From a virus (lineage: Duplodnaviria > Caudoviricetes): a DNA stretch of 64,000 nucleotides. The notes under the pieces are model-generated. The model made no database searches and was not told the DNA's origin. It saw only the letters and a list, made by a program, of their open reading frames with translations. Numbering within the stretch: the stretch's first letter is position 1; the number at the start of each line of letters is the position of its first letter. The position numbers were made by a program, and so were the translations under genes. This document shows, piece by piece, positions 27,032 to 36,068 of this stretch. The DNA lies in the IMG/VR virus record IMGVR_UViG_2974625740_000001, positions 19,220-83,219 of that record; one strand, 5' to 3'.

Positions 27032-28036
27032 ATGCCCACACCAACACCTCGTGAACGTCTCCAAGATCGGGTCGAATCGCGGCTGCTGGCCCAGGGCTTC
27101 AACCCGGACCGGGTGCACGCGATGGCGGTTCTGTCGGTCGAGGCGTTCTACGCCGAGAATCAGGACGACCCGAACTACGCGCTCGCTGCCGAGGAGGCGG
27201 TGCGCATTCTGATGGACGTCATGCCGCCGTTCGTCGTGCACATGCGCGCGGCGTTCGAGCAGGTCGCCCAGGCATTCGAGAACGTCACCCGAGCGGCTGC
27301 ATCGGCAGGCCCTTATGTCGACCTGGCGCAGCGGCTCCAGCGCGCCGAGCAGAACCAGATGACCCCCGAATTCGACGCGTCCGGCCTGCCGATTACCGAC
27401 CACCCGGACGAGATCGAGCTGGCTGGCCTGATGGTCGACACCGGGGGTCCGTACCGTGTCCTGGTTCCGGCCGAGGAGGAAACGACCAGCTTCCTGCCGA
27501 CCGCGCATGAGCGGCTCGCACCGCCCGAAGTGATCGAGCTGACGACGCGCGAATGGCATCTGGGCGTTGCGCGCCGTCTGCGTCAACTGGGGTGCACGTA
27601 CAGTCAGCTCAAGGCCATGCACGACAACCGCGATTTCGAGACCAGCCAGCACCATGCCGCGTGGTTCGCGTTCGGTGACACGGTCGACGATCGCCAGCTC
27701 GACCGCGCGAACTTCGTCCTCGAAAACCTCGAACGTGGCGACGCGTTCGGCATCGACATGGACGACGAGGCCATCGCCCGAGCTGAGGAGCGATACCCCG
27801 AGGACCGGCTGACGGGTGCCCCCCACCACCTGCTGGTCAACGGTGATCATTCGGGCTGCGGCTGCGGGGGTCACCTGGTCGAGTGCGAGACCTGGAACGA
27901 CCCGACCTGGAAGCACGCCGCCAGCATCTGCGGCATCCGGCGCACCAACTGCCGACACACCCCCGCTCACGCGTATCGGGAGCCTTGCCCCAACGATTAC
28001 GTGGACACCCTGGGGGGTGGCGGTGCCAGCGCTTGA
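27032..28036 (+). CDS. hypothetical protein with a Cys/His-rich C-terminus
   Basis: RBS GGAGG; CGCGGH..C..C..C.H..H..C. Confidence 0.7.
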   Translation: MPTPTPRERLQDRVESRLLAQGFNPDRVHAMAVLSVEAFYAENQDDPNYALAAEEAVRILMDVMPPFVVHMRAAFEQVAQAFENVTRAAASAGPYVDLAQRLQRAEQNQMTPEFDASGLPITDHPDEIELAGLMVDTGGPYRVLVPAEEETTSFLPTAHERLAPPEVIELTTREWHLGVARRLRQLGCTYSQLKAMHDNRDFETSQHHAAWFAFGDTVDDRQLDRANFVLENLERGDAFGIDMDDEAIARAEERYPEDRLTGAPHHLLVNGDHSGCGCGGHLVECETWNDPTWKHAASICGIRRTNCRHTPAHAYREPCPNDYVDTLGGGGASA

Positions 28037-28517
28037 CGAGTACCGAGACAAGCACGTCAACAACATCAACAGCCTGCCCGTGTACTGGTGGTCCGTCGAC
28101 CCGGGGGACCGCAACGTCGGCATTAGCTGGTGGTGGGGTGCTTTCTGCATCAGGTCGTACCACACCGACCCCGACGACTGCGTTGATACGCTGGTCCGCG
28201 AGGTTCGGTACCTCGACCTGCTGGTACACGAACAGTTCACGTTGCGTGGTTCGCAGATGGGCATGCAGCAGGGGTCGGAGTTCCTGACCTCGCAGCTCAT
28301 CGGGGCCATGCGCCACATCTGTCGGCGCGCGGGTGTTCCGGTCAAGTCGTACCAGGCCGGAAACCACAAGCCGATCTACAGGAAACCGGAGTTCAAACCG
28401 CCCCAGCGAGCCCACAGCGAGTGGGTCTCATTCGGTGAAGGCCCCCACGCCAAAGACTCCGAATGCTTGGGCGAGTACTACGTCCGAACAGTCATCTTGA
28501 AAGGCAAGGGCTACTGA
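28023..28517 (+). CDS. RuvC-like Holliday junction resolvase
   Basis: WSVDPGDRNVG, LVHEQF, HAKDS RNase H-fold acidic triad. Confidence 0.65.
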   Translation: MPALDEYRDKHVNNINSLPVYWWSVDPGDRNVGISWWWGAFCIRSYHTDPDDCVDTLVREVRYLDLLVHEQFTLRGSQMGMQQGSEFLTSQLIGAMRHICRRAGVPVKSYQAGNHKPIYRKPEFKPPQRAHSEWVSFGEGPHAKDSECLGEYYVRTVILKGKGY

Positions 28518-28945
28518 TGCCGAACCCCACGCCGCTGCCCAGTGCGCCCCCTCGAAGTCAAGCTCAACGGATCGGAGACCTCACCCGCGAACGCGACCGA
28601 ATCGCCGCCGACCTCATCCGAACGAAGCGCATCCTCGGTGCCATCCGCGACGCCGTGTTCAACGTCGCATGGGGCCAAGAGCAAATGGTCCAGGCCGTCA
28701 AGCAATACCTGGTCGACGACTGGGACGCCACCACGCCCCCCGGTTGCGCGTTCGACCTGATGCGCTCCCACGACGGTTCGGGCGTGTCTGGCTCGGGGCG
28801 GGTGGCGGAGGGCTTCGAGTTCGAAAATGGCAAGGTCGCCCTGTGTTGGCTGGGCAAGTTCAGCTCGGTCAACGTGTACGACTCGATCGACCACGTCCGG
28901 GCCATCCACGGCCACGGCGGTTCTACGGAGGTTGTGTACCGATGA
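28517..28945 (+). CDS. hypothetical protein
   Basis: Overlap; FDLMRSHDGSGVSGSGRVAEGFEF..GKVALCW. Confidence 0.65.
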   Translation: MPNPTPLPSAPPRSQAQRIGDLTRERDRIAADLIRTKRILGAIRDAVFNVAWGQEQMVQAVKQYLVDDWDATTPPGCAFDLMRSHDGSGVSGSGRVAEGFEFENGKVALCWLGKFSSVNVYDSIDHVRAIHGHGGSTEVVYR

Positions 28946-29529
28946 GCAAGCCCCACCACCGCACGCTCGTCAGAGATCTTCACCTCAAGCCGGGTGACGT
29001 GATCCTGCTGCGCATAGAAGGGTTCGTCGGCCTCATGGTCGACGTCATGCAGCGCATCAACCGCGACACCTCGTACTGGACTCACGCCGCCATGGTGCTG
29101 GACGATGACACGGTCTTCGAGGCTCAGCCCGGGGGTGCCGTGATCACGCCGCTGTCGAAGTACCTGGACCGTCCCGGCACCGTGGTCAGCTACTACCAGA
29201 AGCCCAAGCCGGGCAACCCCCACGAGTACGAGCTTACCCCCATCGCCAACTTCATGACCGACACCCGGCGTGCGAGCATCGTCCGTGACGCTCGGGTCGC
29301 ATTCGAGCGGGGTTACCGGTACGCGTGGTCGACGTACCTGTACCTCGCGCTGTACCGGTTCGGTATTCACAGCAACTGGGTGAAGTGGGCCGTCCAGCAG
29401 CCGGACCAGGGCATCTGCTCGCAGGTGTGCGACCTGCTGCTGGCCGACAATGGCATCCACCTGTTCGCGGATGGCCGCCTGCCATACGACGTCACCCCGG
29501 GCGACCTGGCCACGCTGGCGCTGCCGTAA
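28942..29529 (+). CDS. permuted NlpC/P60 (YiiX/YaeF-like) papain-fold enzyme
   Basis: LKPGDVIL, WTHAAM (His), EAQPGG, ICSQVC (Cys after His = permuted order). Confidence 0.7.
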   Translation: MSKPHHRTLVRDLHLKPGDVILLRIEGFVGLMVDVMQRINRDTSYWTHAAMVLDDDTVFEAQPGGAVITPLSKYLDRPGTVVSYYQKPKPGNPHEYELTPIANFMTDTRRASIVRDARVAFERGYRYAWSTYLYLALYRFGIHSNWVKWAVQQPDQGICSQVCDLLLADNGIHLFADGRLPYDVTPGDLATLALP

Positions 29530-29538
29530 CCCCGGTAC

Positions 29539-29568
29539 TTGCGCACCAGACAACGGTCATGATACGGT
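29539..29568 (+). promoter_or_regulatory. dyad promoter, class II
   Basis: TTGCGC-N18-TACGGT, TTG-N9-CAA. Confidence 0.65.
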
Positions 29569-29612
29569 ATGACCCTGGCCGCCGCTCGGGTGGCCAGGGA
29601 ACGGAGCCAGTA

Positions 29613-29948
29613 ATGCGCGTAACGATCACGTCGGACGTCCTGGAGCACGAGCACGACGGCCAGCCGGTGAACAGCAACTTCGCCACCGCGTACATCGCGG
29701 GGGCCGAGCCGTACATCGTCCCGGGCGTCACCTCCTGGGACAACGTGCAGGCCGAGATGCCCGACCCGAACACGGTCGTCATCACGGCCGACCTCACCAC
29801 GCTGGACACCGTACCCAAGGACGACGCGAGCACCCACGGGGACACGCCCGTGACCACGGACTGGGTGCGCGACTACGTCACCGGAGCCGACGCCTACTGG
29901 CTGGCCCCGGGCGTCCTGCGAGCCACCGAGGTCACGTTCGCCGACTGA
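29613..29948 (+). CDS. hypothetical protein
   Basis: RBS GGAG; has its own promoter. Confidence 0.6.
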   Translation: MRVTITSDVLEHEHDGQPVNSNFATAYIAGAEPYIVPGVTSWDNVQAEMPDPNTVVITADLTTLDTVPKDDASTHGDTPVTTDWVRDYVTGADAYWLAPGVLRATEVTFAD

Positions 29949-29996
29949 GCCGCCGGGGGCGGTCCCGATGCACCACGTCGGGACCGCCCCCGCTGC

Positions 29997-30026
29997 TTGC
30001 GCGGGCAGCAACTACCGTGCTACGAT
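29997..30026 (+). promoter_or_regulatory. dyad promoter, class II (purZ operon)
   Basis: TTGCGC-N18-TACGAT, TTG-N9-CAA. Confidence 0.75.
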
Positions 30027-30067
30027 GGGTATCCGGCGGTCACCCTGGCCGCTGGGGGAGGGCAAGC

Positions 30068-30538
30068 ATGAACCTGATCGGGACCCCCAGCAACGACGAC
30101 GTCCCCGCGTCGGACATGATGGACGAGATCCATCGTGTGAATCGGGCGATGTCGCAGCACCCCGACCCCGAGTGGGTGAACGTGACCGTGGGCTACCGGC
30201 TCTCGGGCTGTGACACGATCTTCCGCGAGGAGCCGCTGGTACAGCAGGCCCCCGAGGTCGCGGAGATCCTCGCGCGGCTGGCGCGACACGTGAAGCTGGC
30301 GTACGGCCAGATGTCCGCCGAGGTCACCACGCCGCACGGCAAGCGACGTCGCTTCCTCACGTTCGACATCGCCGACCTGCTGTACGTGGAGGTCATCACC
30401 GAGCCCCACGAGCCCGAGCACACGGACGAGGACAAGCGACGCGCCAAGCTGCACGGCTCCGCGCGCCGACGCACCTCGGACGGCCGGGTCACCCGCCAGC
30501 CGGACACCGAAATCGACATGACCGTCTTCGAGCAGTAA
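30068..30538 (+). CDS. hypothetical protein (first gene of the purZ operon)
   Basis: RBS GGAGG. Confidence 0.65.
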   Translation: MNLIGTPSNDDVPASDMMDEIHRVNRAMSQHPDPEWVNVTVGYRLSGCDTIFREEPLVQQAPEVAEILARLARHVKLAYGQMSAEVTTPHGKRRRFLTFDIADLLYVEVITEPHEPEHTDEDKRRAKLHGSARRRTSDGRVTRQPDTEIDMTVFEQ

Positions 30539-30580
30539 ACACCAACACCCGAGCAACAACGAAACAGAAGGGGGTTTGCC

Positions 30581-31696
30581 GTGGGTGGCAAGCTTCTGGT
30601 AGTGGCCGGAGCCCAGTACGGTTCCGAGGCCAAGGGACACGTCGCTGACCAGCTCAGCCGACCGGCCGTCGCGAGTGACAACGTGGTCGTCATGCGGGTG
30701 GCGGGACCGAACGCGGGTCACACCGTGTACGGCCTGTGCCCCAACGACTGCACCCCGGACGACTCGCACATGTCCGGCGAGAACTGGATCGGGCACCCGT
30801 GGCGGCTGCGCACCGTGCCGGTGGGGGCCGTCAGCAACCCCGATGCCGACCTGGTCATCGCCGCCGGTTCCGAGATCGACTACAACGTGCTCATGTCGGA
30901 GGTCGTCGCGCTAGACGCCGCCGGATACAAGGTCAGCCAGCGGCTGGTCATCGACACCCAAGCGACGCTGCTCGAACCGCGTCACATCCAGGAGGAGGTC
31001 GACGCCAAGATCCAGGAGCGTCTCGGCTCCACCGCCAAGGGCATCGGGGCGGCTCGCGCCGACCGCATCTGGCGACTGGCCAAGACCTGGGGTGACCACA
31101 TCCAAGACGAGGGCCGGATCGAGTCCGCCGAGTTCGTGCGGGGTCGGCTGGCCGACGGCGCTACGGTCGTGATCGAGGGGACCCAGGGGTTCGGCCTCGG
31201 GCTGCACGCGGGTCACTACCCCCAGTGCACCTCGTCCGACTGCCGCGCGATCGACTTCCTGTCCATGGCTGGCCTCAGCCCGTGGATGCGCGAGGTCGAC
31301 GAGTTCGGCGTCTGGCTGGCCGCCCGGGTCCGCCCGATCCGCGTGGCGGGCAACTCCGGCCCGATGAAGAACGAGACCACCTGGCAGGACCTGCGTCTGC
31401 CGGAGGAGTACACGACCGTGACCAAGAAGGTCCGGCGCGTGGGCGAGTGGGACGGCGAACTCGTCGCCCGCGCCGTGATCGCCAACGGCGGTGCTCCGGC
31501 CGTCCGGGTCGCGCTGACCATGGTCGACAGCATCTTCGACGAGATCCGCAACGCCGAGGGCATGTTCGACGACGTCGACTGGACGCACGAGGTTGCACCC
31601 CCGCTGCCCAAGATCGTGACCAACATCGAGCGCGAGATCGGGGCCCCGATCCGCATGATCACCACCTCGCCGACCACTGCCCTCTGGAGGCCGTGA
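30581..31696 (+). CDS. purZ: PurZ/PurZ0-type 2-amino-deoxyadenylosuccinate synthetase
   Basis: PurA fold (GPNAGHT, GSTAKGIGAA, EGTQG, TTVTKKVRRVG); Ser15 in GAQYGSEAKG replaces the PurA catalytic Asp; TMVD at the PurA TKLD site. Confidence 0.85.
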   Translation: MGGKLLVVAGAQYGSEAKGHVADQLSRPAVASDNVVVMRVAGPNAGHTVYGLCPNDCTPDDSHMSGENWIGHPWRLRTVPVGAVSNPDADLVIAAGSEIDYNVLMSEVVALDAAGYKVSQRLVIDTQATLLEPRHIQEEVDAKIQERLGSTAKGIGAARADRIWRLAKTWGDHIQDEGRIESAEFVRGRLADGATVVIEGTQGFGLGLHAGHYPQCTSSDCRAIDFLSMAGLSPWMREVDEFGVWLAARVRPIRVAGNSGPMKNETTWQDLRLPEEYTTVTKKVRRVGEWDGELVARAVIANGGAPAVRVALTMVDSIFDEIRNAEGMFDDVDWTHEVAPPLPKIVTNIEREIGAPIRMITTSPTTALWRP

Positions 31697-32958
31697 CCAT
31701 GGGTGCTGACTTCCACATCCACCTCCCCAAGCGGGACGACCCCGACCACTGCGGTCGCGAGGGGTGCGCCCGTCACTACAGCCACCCCGTCCACGCGCCC
31801 TCGGAGGCCCTCCGGAGGCTCTCGGAGCTGCCGCCGGACCTCCGCCCCCTGGAGCACCACGAGAGGGCTTCCGGAGCCCCCTACGTGCCCGCGCAGAGGG
31901 ACGCGGCCCCCGCCACCCACACCGGCCGTCCGGCCATGCACCCGGGAACTACCATCCGGGTGGCCAAGATGGGCGAGCCGCAGCGCGACGCCACCCCCGC
32001 CGAAATCGCCGCGTACCTCAAGGCGAATCCGCACATGAACCAGGACCCCGACCTGTACTGCTCGCACCCCAACGGGTTCGGCCCGAACGGGTGCCCGTGC
32101 GGCAAGGGCCAGCCGGGTGAGGACGACCCCGAGACCGTGCGCAACATCGATACGGGCGAGGACGTTCCCGCCACCCGCTGCCCCGAGTGTCAGGAGGCGG
32201 TGCCGACCGACCAGCTCCTGGCGCACATGCGCGACGTCGAGGCGTCCGATCAGGAGGACATCGACGCGATGGCCGAGCTGCTCGGTCTGCCGACGCTGCC
32301 GCCCCCCAACATGACCATCAACACGGTCGGGGAGGACTCGCCCATCTGGGGTCGTCCGATCGGCTGCCCGGTTCGCGAGAGGGAGCTGGCCGAGGGTGTG
32401 CCTACCTCGTGCCCGGGTCGTGCTGGCCACACCAAGGGAACCATCCGGCGGCATCTCCAGACCGTTCACTCGTGGAACGGCGACCAGTGGAACGACTGGG
32501 CCGAGTCGGTCAACTTCCTGGAGCTGCCCAGCGTCCCGAAGTCCATCCTCGACGAGATGGAGGCCCTGGGGAAGCGCGTCGACGCCTTCCTGGACCCTGA
32601 CATCACGATGGAGCAGATCATGTCCGACGCGCAGCAGAACGGCACCGAGATCCTGACCGAGTGGTGGCTGAAGCGAGCCGCCGCAGAGGCCGAGGGCGTG
32701 GTGCCCAAGTCGATCGAGTACGGGTCGAACAGCCTGATGCAGCTCGGTCGCAAGATGGCCCAGCTCCAGGGTCGCGAGGTGTCCGAGGCCGAGGCCCTGG
32801 AACTCGGCTGCTGGGCCAACTGCATCCAGAAGATCGAGCGCTGGACGGACGCCGTGATGCGGGGTGAGCGTCCCTCGGACGACACGATCCTCGACGCGGG
32901 GGTCTACCTCAAGATGGTCCAGCGCATCCGCGACTCGGGGTCCTGGCCCGGAGTCTGA
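31693..32958 (+). CDS. Zn-finger array fused to a C-terminal DUF1599/Nmad1-like (all-alpha NTP-PPase-like) domain
   Basis: Four Cys/His knuckles; KSIEYG...KIERW...DDTILDAGVYLKM. Confidence 0.55.
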   Translation: MTMGADFHIHLPKRDDPDHCGREGCARHYSHPVHAPSEALRRLSELPPDLRPLEHHERASGAPYVPAQRDAAPATHTGRPAMHPGTTIRVAKMGEPQRDATPAEIAAYLKANPHMNQDPDLYCSHPNGFGPNGCPCGKGQPGEDDPETVRNIDTGEDVPATRCPECQEAVPTDQLLAHMRDVEASDQEDIDAMAELLGLPTLPPPNMTINTVGEDSPIWGRPIGCPVRERELAEGVPTSCPGRAGHTKGTIRRHLQTVHSWNGDQWNDWAESVNFLELPSVPKSILDEMEALGKRVDAFLDPDITMEQIMSDAQQNGTEILTEWWLKRAAAEAEGVVPKSIEYGSNSLMQLGRKMAQLQGREVSEAEALELGCWANCIQKIERWTDAVMRGERPSDDTILDAGVYLKMVQRIRDSGSWPGV

Positions 32959-33030
32959 GTCAATCCGTCAATCCGAGCACAACCAACGGCGGGGGTGGCG
33001 GTGCTGCCCCCGCCCGGCTGGAGGGCCGAC

Positions 33031-33909
33031 ATGAAGAACGACCGACTGATCTACCTGGCACACCCGATCGACATGGGCCGCGCGTGCCCCGACCTGCTCA
33101 ACTACGCGGTCGGCGAACTCCAGGCCCTGGGCCTGCCGACGTACAACCCGCTGACCGCGTTCAACGTGAGCGGTCAGCCGTCTGGGGTGATCAACCGCGT
33201 GAACGAGGCCGCCATGCTCGCCAGCTCGGGGGCGGTGGCGTTCCTGCCGAAGGACACCCCGACCATCGGCACCCCGGCCGAGATCTCGTGGCTGATGACG
33301 CACGGCAAGCCGGTCCTGATCCTGACCGACATCGACACCTCATGGGTCGTCGCGGGCTGGCGCGGTCAGCTCTTCACCGAGGTGCACCATCTGGACGAGG
33401 AGGGCGTCAGCGCGGGCATCGACTGGCTGACCGACCGGATGTCGTACCTGGACGACAACCCCGAGTTCGGCGACGTCGAGCCGATCGTGTTCGAGAAGGC
33501 CAAGCAGGACGCCACTCTCCCGACCAAGGGGTACGCCGACGACGCCGGATACGACCTGTACGCCAGCGACGAGGTCGTCGTTCCGGCTCGGGGTCAGGCC
33601 ACGGTGCCGCTCGGCGTCAAGGTGGACATCCCCGAGGGTCTGTGGGCCCAGATCACTGGCCGAAGCTCGACGCTCAAGAACCTCAACCTGATGGTCGCCC
33701 CCACGGTCGGCGTGATCGACGAGGGGTACACGGGCGAGCTGTTCGCTCCCGTGGTCAGTAACGCGGACGAGGACGTGAAGATCGAGCGCGGGCAGCGGAT
33801 CGCCCAGCTCATCCTTCACGAGGCCCCGGGCCAGCGCTTCACGCCCGTGTGGGGCGTCGCCCGCCGGAAGGAGCGGGGAGCGAACGGCTTCGGATCTACC
33901 GGTCGCTGA
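33031..33909 (+). CDS. dut: nucleoside deoxyribosyltransferase-like domain fused to a trimeric dUTPase
   Basis: IYLAHP...GTPAEI...GKPV (NDT/DNPH1-like); AGYDL, GRSS, GVIDEGYTGE, RIAQL, RGANGFGSTG (dUTPase motifs 1-5). Confidence 0.85.
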   Translation: MKNDRLIYLAHPIDMGRACPDLLNYAVGELQALGLPTYNPLTAFNVSGQPSGVINRVNEAAMLASSGAVAFLPKDTPTIGTPAEISWLMTHGKPVLILTDIDTSWVVAGWRGQLFTEVHHLDEEGVSAGIDWLTDRMSYLDDNPEFGDVEPIVFEKAKQDATLPTKGYADDAGYDLYASDEVVVPARGQATVPLGVKVDIPEGLWAQITGRSSTLKNLNLMVAPTVGVIDEGYTGELFAPVVSNADEDVKIERGQRIAQLILHEAPGQRFTPVWGVARRKERGANGFGSTGR

Positions 33910-33919
33910 CCGCACCCGC

Positions 33920-33955
33920 CACGGCCCCCACCCAGCGCACAGGGTGGGGGCCGTG
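33920..33955 (+). terminator. stem-loop terminator of the purZ operon
   Basis: cacggcccccaccc / gggtgggggccgtg. Confidence 0.65.
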
Positions 33956-34001
33956 CGCTGTCTTCCGCCACCACGCGCCACCCCTGTGCGCTCTTGTGCC
34001 G

Positions 34002-34031
34002 TTGCGGAGGGCGCAATTACCGTGGTAGTAC
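34002..34031 (+). promoter_or_regulatory. dyad promoter (weak -10)
   Basis: TTGCGG-N18-TAGTAC, TTG-N9-CAA. Confidence 0.45.
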
Positions 34032-34057
34032 AACTCCCGACCGGAGGTTTGAGCACC

Positions 34058-34249
34058 GTGGTTCTGAACGTTGACGACTGGGTGGAGACAAAAAACGGCA
34101 ACATCGCGTTGGTGGTCGCTCGCAAGAGCCGACGCGTGGTCACCCTGTACACGATCGAAGATCACGAGCTGCACGAGGACGTCAGCGTCGACGTGATCAG
34201 CGGGTGTTTTCCGAACGTGTACAGGTTGCGCAACGCGGCCCCCGTATGA
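34058..34249 (+). CDS. hypothetical protein
   Basis: GTG with RBS GGAGG. Confidence 0.55.
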   Translation: MVLNVDDWVETKNGNIALVVARKSRRVVTLYTIEDHELHEDVSVDVISGCFPNVYRLRNAAPV

Positions 34250-34255
34250 TTTAAT
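34226..34255 (+). promoter_or_regulatory. promoter, class I -10
   Basis: TTGCGC-N18-TTTAAT; CAA half-site absent. Confidence 0.55.
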
Positions 34256-34336
34256 CGCCGATCGGATCCCGCTTGTCCCAACGGCAACAGGGTGGTACAC
34301 TTGTGCCCAGTTGCAAGAGACCTGGAGGGCTCCCCG

Positions 34337-34582
34337 GTGGTTACCGCTGTGATTGTACTGGCGACGTTGATCGCTCTCGTACTCATCGTCATGGGTTTCG
34401 TGTCGGTGTTTCGCGAGCAGACCATGCGCACGCCCTGGTTTTACTGGACCTGGGCGGTCGTCGCCGTCCTGATCATGTCGATGCTGATCGACCTGCCGAT
34501 GTGGGTCAGGGTCGCCAACTTCGTCGTCCTGCTGGCGTCCGCCGTCCTGTGGACCCGGGACATCAAGGAGGTCGCCCGATGA
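34337..34582 (+). CDS. membrane protein (3 TM)
   Basis: RBS GGAGG; hydrophobic segments. Confidence 0.65.
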   Translation: MVTAVIVLATLIALVLIVMGFVSVFREQTMRTPWFYWTWAVVAVLIMSMLIDLPMWVRVANFVVLLASAVLWTRDIKEVAR

Positions 34583-34878
34583 GCGACGTTCAGCAGCGGA
34601 TCTTTGAGGACATCCGCAACGAGAGAGCGGCCCAAGACCTCAAGTGGGGCAAGCAGATGCACCCCAACGGCACGTCGATCCGGTTCAAGCCGATGGCCGA
34701 CGCTGCCCGGAACGCCACCCGCAAGGCCGACGCGAACAACCAGCAGACGTGGACCAACATCCTGCGCGAGGAGTTCTGGGAGGCCCTGTCGGAAACCGAC
34801 CGCGCGGCCCTGCGCGCCGAGCTGATCCAGGTCGGTGCCGTGGTCGTCGCGTGGGTCGAGTGCCTCGACGAGAGCTGA
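34579..34878 (+). CDS. MazG-like nucleotide pyrophosphohydrolase
   Basis: ERAAQDLKWG...WTNILREEFWE...ELIQVGAVVVAW EE..E/E helix pattern. Confidence 0.7.
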   Translation: MSDVQQRIFEDIRNERAAQDLKWGKQMHPNGTSIRFKPMADAARNATRKADANNQQTWTNILREEFWEALSETDRAALRAELIQVGAVVVAWVECLDES

Positions 34879-34958
34879 CCGCCACCCCCCCCTGACGCCC
34901 CCTCACCCAAATTCCCGCGCTCCGGTCCGGGTGAGGGGGCTCACGCTTGCCCGGGTGA

Positions 34959-34988
34959 TTGCGCTGCGAGCAAGTCCCATGGTAGGAT
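34959..34988 (+). promoter_or_regulatory. dyad promoter, class II (purB operon)
   Basis: TTGCGC-N18-TAGGAT, TTG-N9-CAA. Confidence 0.75.
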
Positions 34989-35011
34989 AAGCTCGGAATA
35001 AGGAGGTGCAC

Positions 35012-35374
35012 ATGCACCGTTGGGAATACGCCGTCGGCCACCAGAGGCTCGACGACACGTGGACCAACGACACGGACCCGGCCACGTTCGAAGTCGCGCG
35101 CCGTGATCTGATCATCCAGCAGATCCAGCACGGTGACGAGGACTGGGCACACGATCTGCGCGTCATCAAGCGCGGTGACCACCAGCTCGACTGGACCCCG
35201 GTGTACGACCACGCGGCCGAGTTGCTGGTGGAGGTCCTGGAGGGCGTCCGGCTCGACTTCGCCACGATCGGCTCGGGGATCGTCCAGGGCAGCGACGTCG
35301 CCCGGATCTTCAAGAAGCGTGCCCAGGTCCTTCGTAACACCCTGCCCAACCAGAACCAGGAGTACGACTCGTGA
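35012..35374 (+). CDS. hypothetical protein
   Basis: RBS AAGGAGG. Confidence 0.7.
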   Translation: MHRWEYAVGHQRLDDTWTNDTDPATFEVARRDLIIQQIQHGDEDWAHDLRVIKRGDHQLDWTPVYDHAAELLVEVLEGVRLDFATIGSGIVQGSDVARIFKKRAQVLRNTLPNQNQEYDS

Positions 35375-35964
35375 CGTACCATCACTACATCAAGCTCATG
35401 AGAGACGCGTCGGTCCCGCTCGACAACGTCATCCATCGGCTGACGGACGAGGGCCACGCCCTCACCCTCCGCCGGACGCAGGTCACGTTCGACCAGGCCA
35501 ACATCTTCGTCACGCCGCATCCGGACGACCGGGACGTCGTTTTCGGCGTGTACATCGAGGAGTTCAGCAAGGCCGGATGGGCGTACGGGTCGCAGACGGC
35601 CCCCGCCAGCGAGGACCCCGCGCGCCCCGTGATCTCGATGTCGTTCGGGCACCCGCGCACCAAGACCCGGCTGGGTGAGCGTCCGCCGATCCGGCCCCGG
35701 GCCATCGGGTTCGAGATCCCGATGCCGGACCCGTCGCTGCCGATCACCACGGACCTGATCGAGTACTACGCCCAGCGCGCGGCCGACATCACCCGGGGCC
35801 TGATGGCGCAGCAGGTCGTCGACGAAGAGGGCAAGATGCCCGGCACCCCGGGCCAGGGCGGACCGCAGTTCAGGTCGCCCGACTGGCAGCCCACCGTGAC
35901 CAAGGTCGAGCCCAGGCCGCTGAACGAGATCTTCAACGACGAGGACGAGGAGGACGACGCGTGA
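35371..35964 (+). CDS. hypothetical protein
   Basis: GTGA overlap; acidic tail. Confidence 0.7.
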   Translation: MTYHHYIKLMRDASVPLDNVIHRLTDEGHALTLRRTQVTFDQANIFVTPHPDDRDVVFGVYIEEFSKAGWAYGSQTAPASEDPARPVISMSFGHPRTKTRLGERPPIRPRAIGFEIPMPDPSLPITTDLIEYYAQRAADITRGLMAQQVVDEEGKMPGTPGQGGPQFRSPDWQPTVTKVEPRPLNEIFNDEDEEDDA

Positions 35965-36068
35965 ACGTGCTGGCCGCGTTCGCCATCAGCCTGGCGGGGT
36001 TGGGGTTCGCCCTGGCCCTGCTGGGCTGGCACGGATGGAAGTTTCTCGCACCCCAAGGAGCGTGCTAA
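35961..36068 (+). CDS. 35-aa membrane peptide
   Basis: GTGA overlap; stop abuts the purB start. Confidence 0.5.
   Translation: MNVLAAFAISLAGLGFALALLGWHGWKFLAPQGAC

Noticed and set aside
27032-28036. HD-domain DatZ (contains MHD)
   Set aside because: The isolated HD dipeptide lacks the upstream His and downstream Asp spacing and the helical pattern of HD hydrolases.
30581-31696. Ordinary PurA (IMP to S-AMP) auxiliary metabolic gene
   Set aside because: The catalytic Asp of GDEGKG is Ser here, the protein is short (371 aa), and the neighbours are dNTP-sanitising enzymes, all of which fit PurZ/PurZ0.
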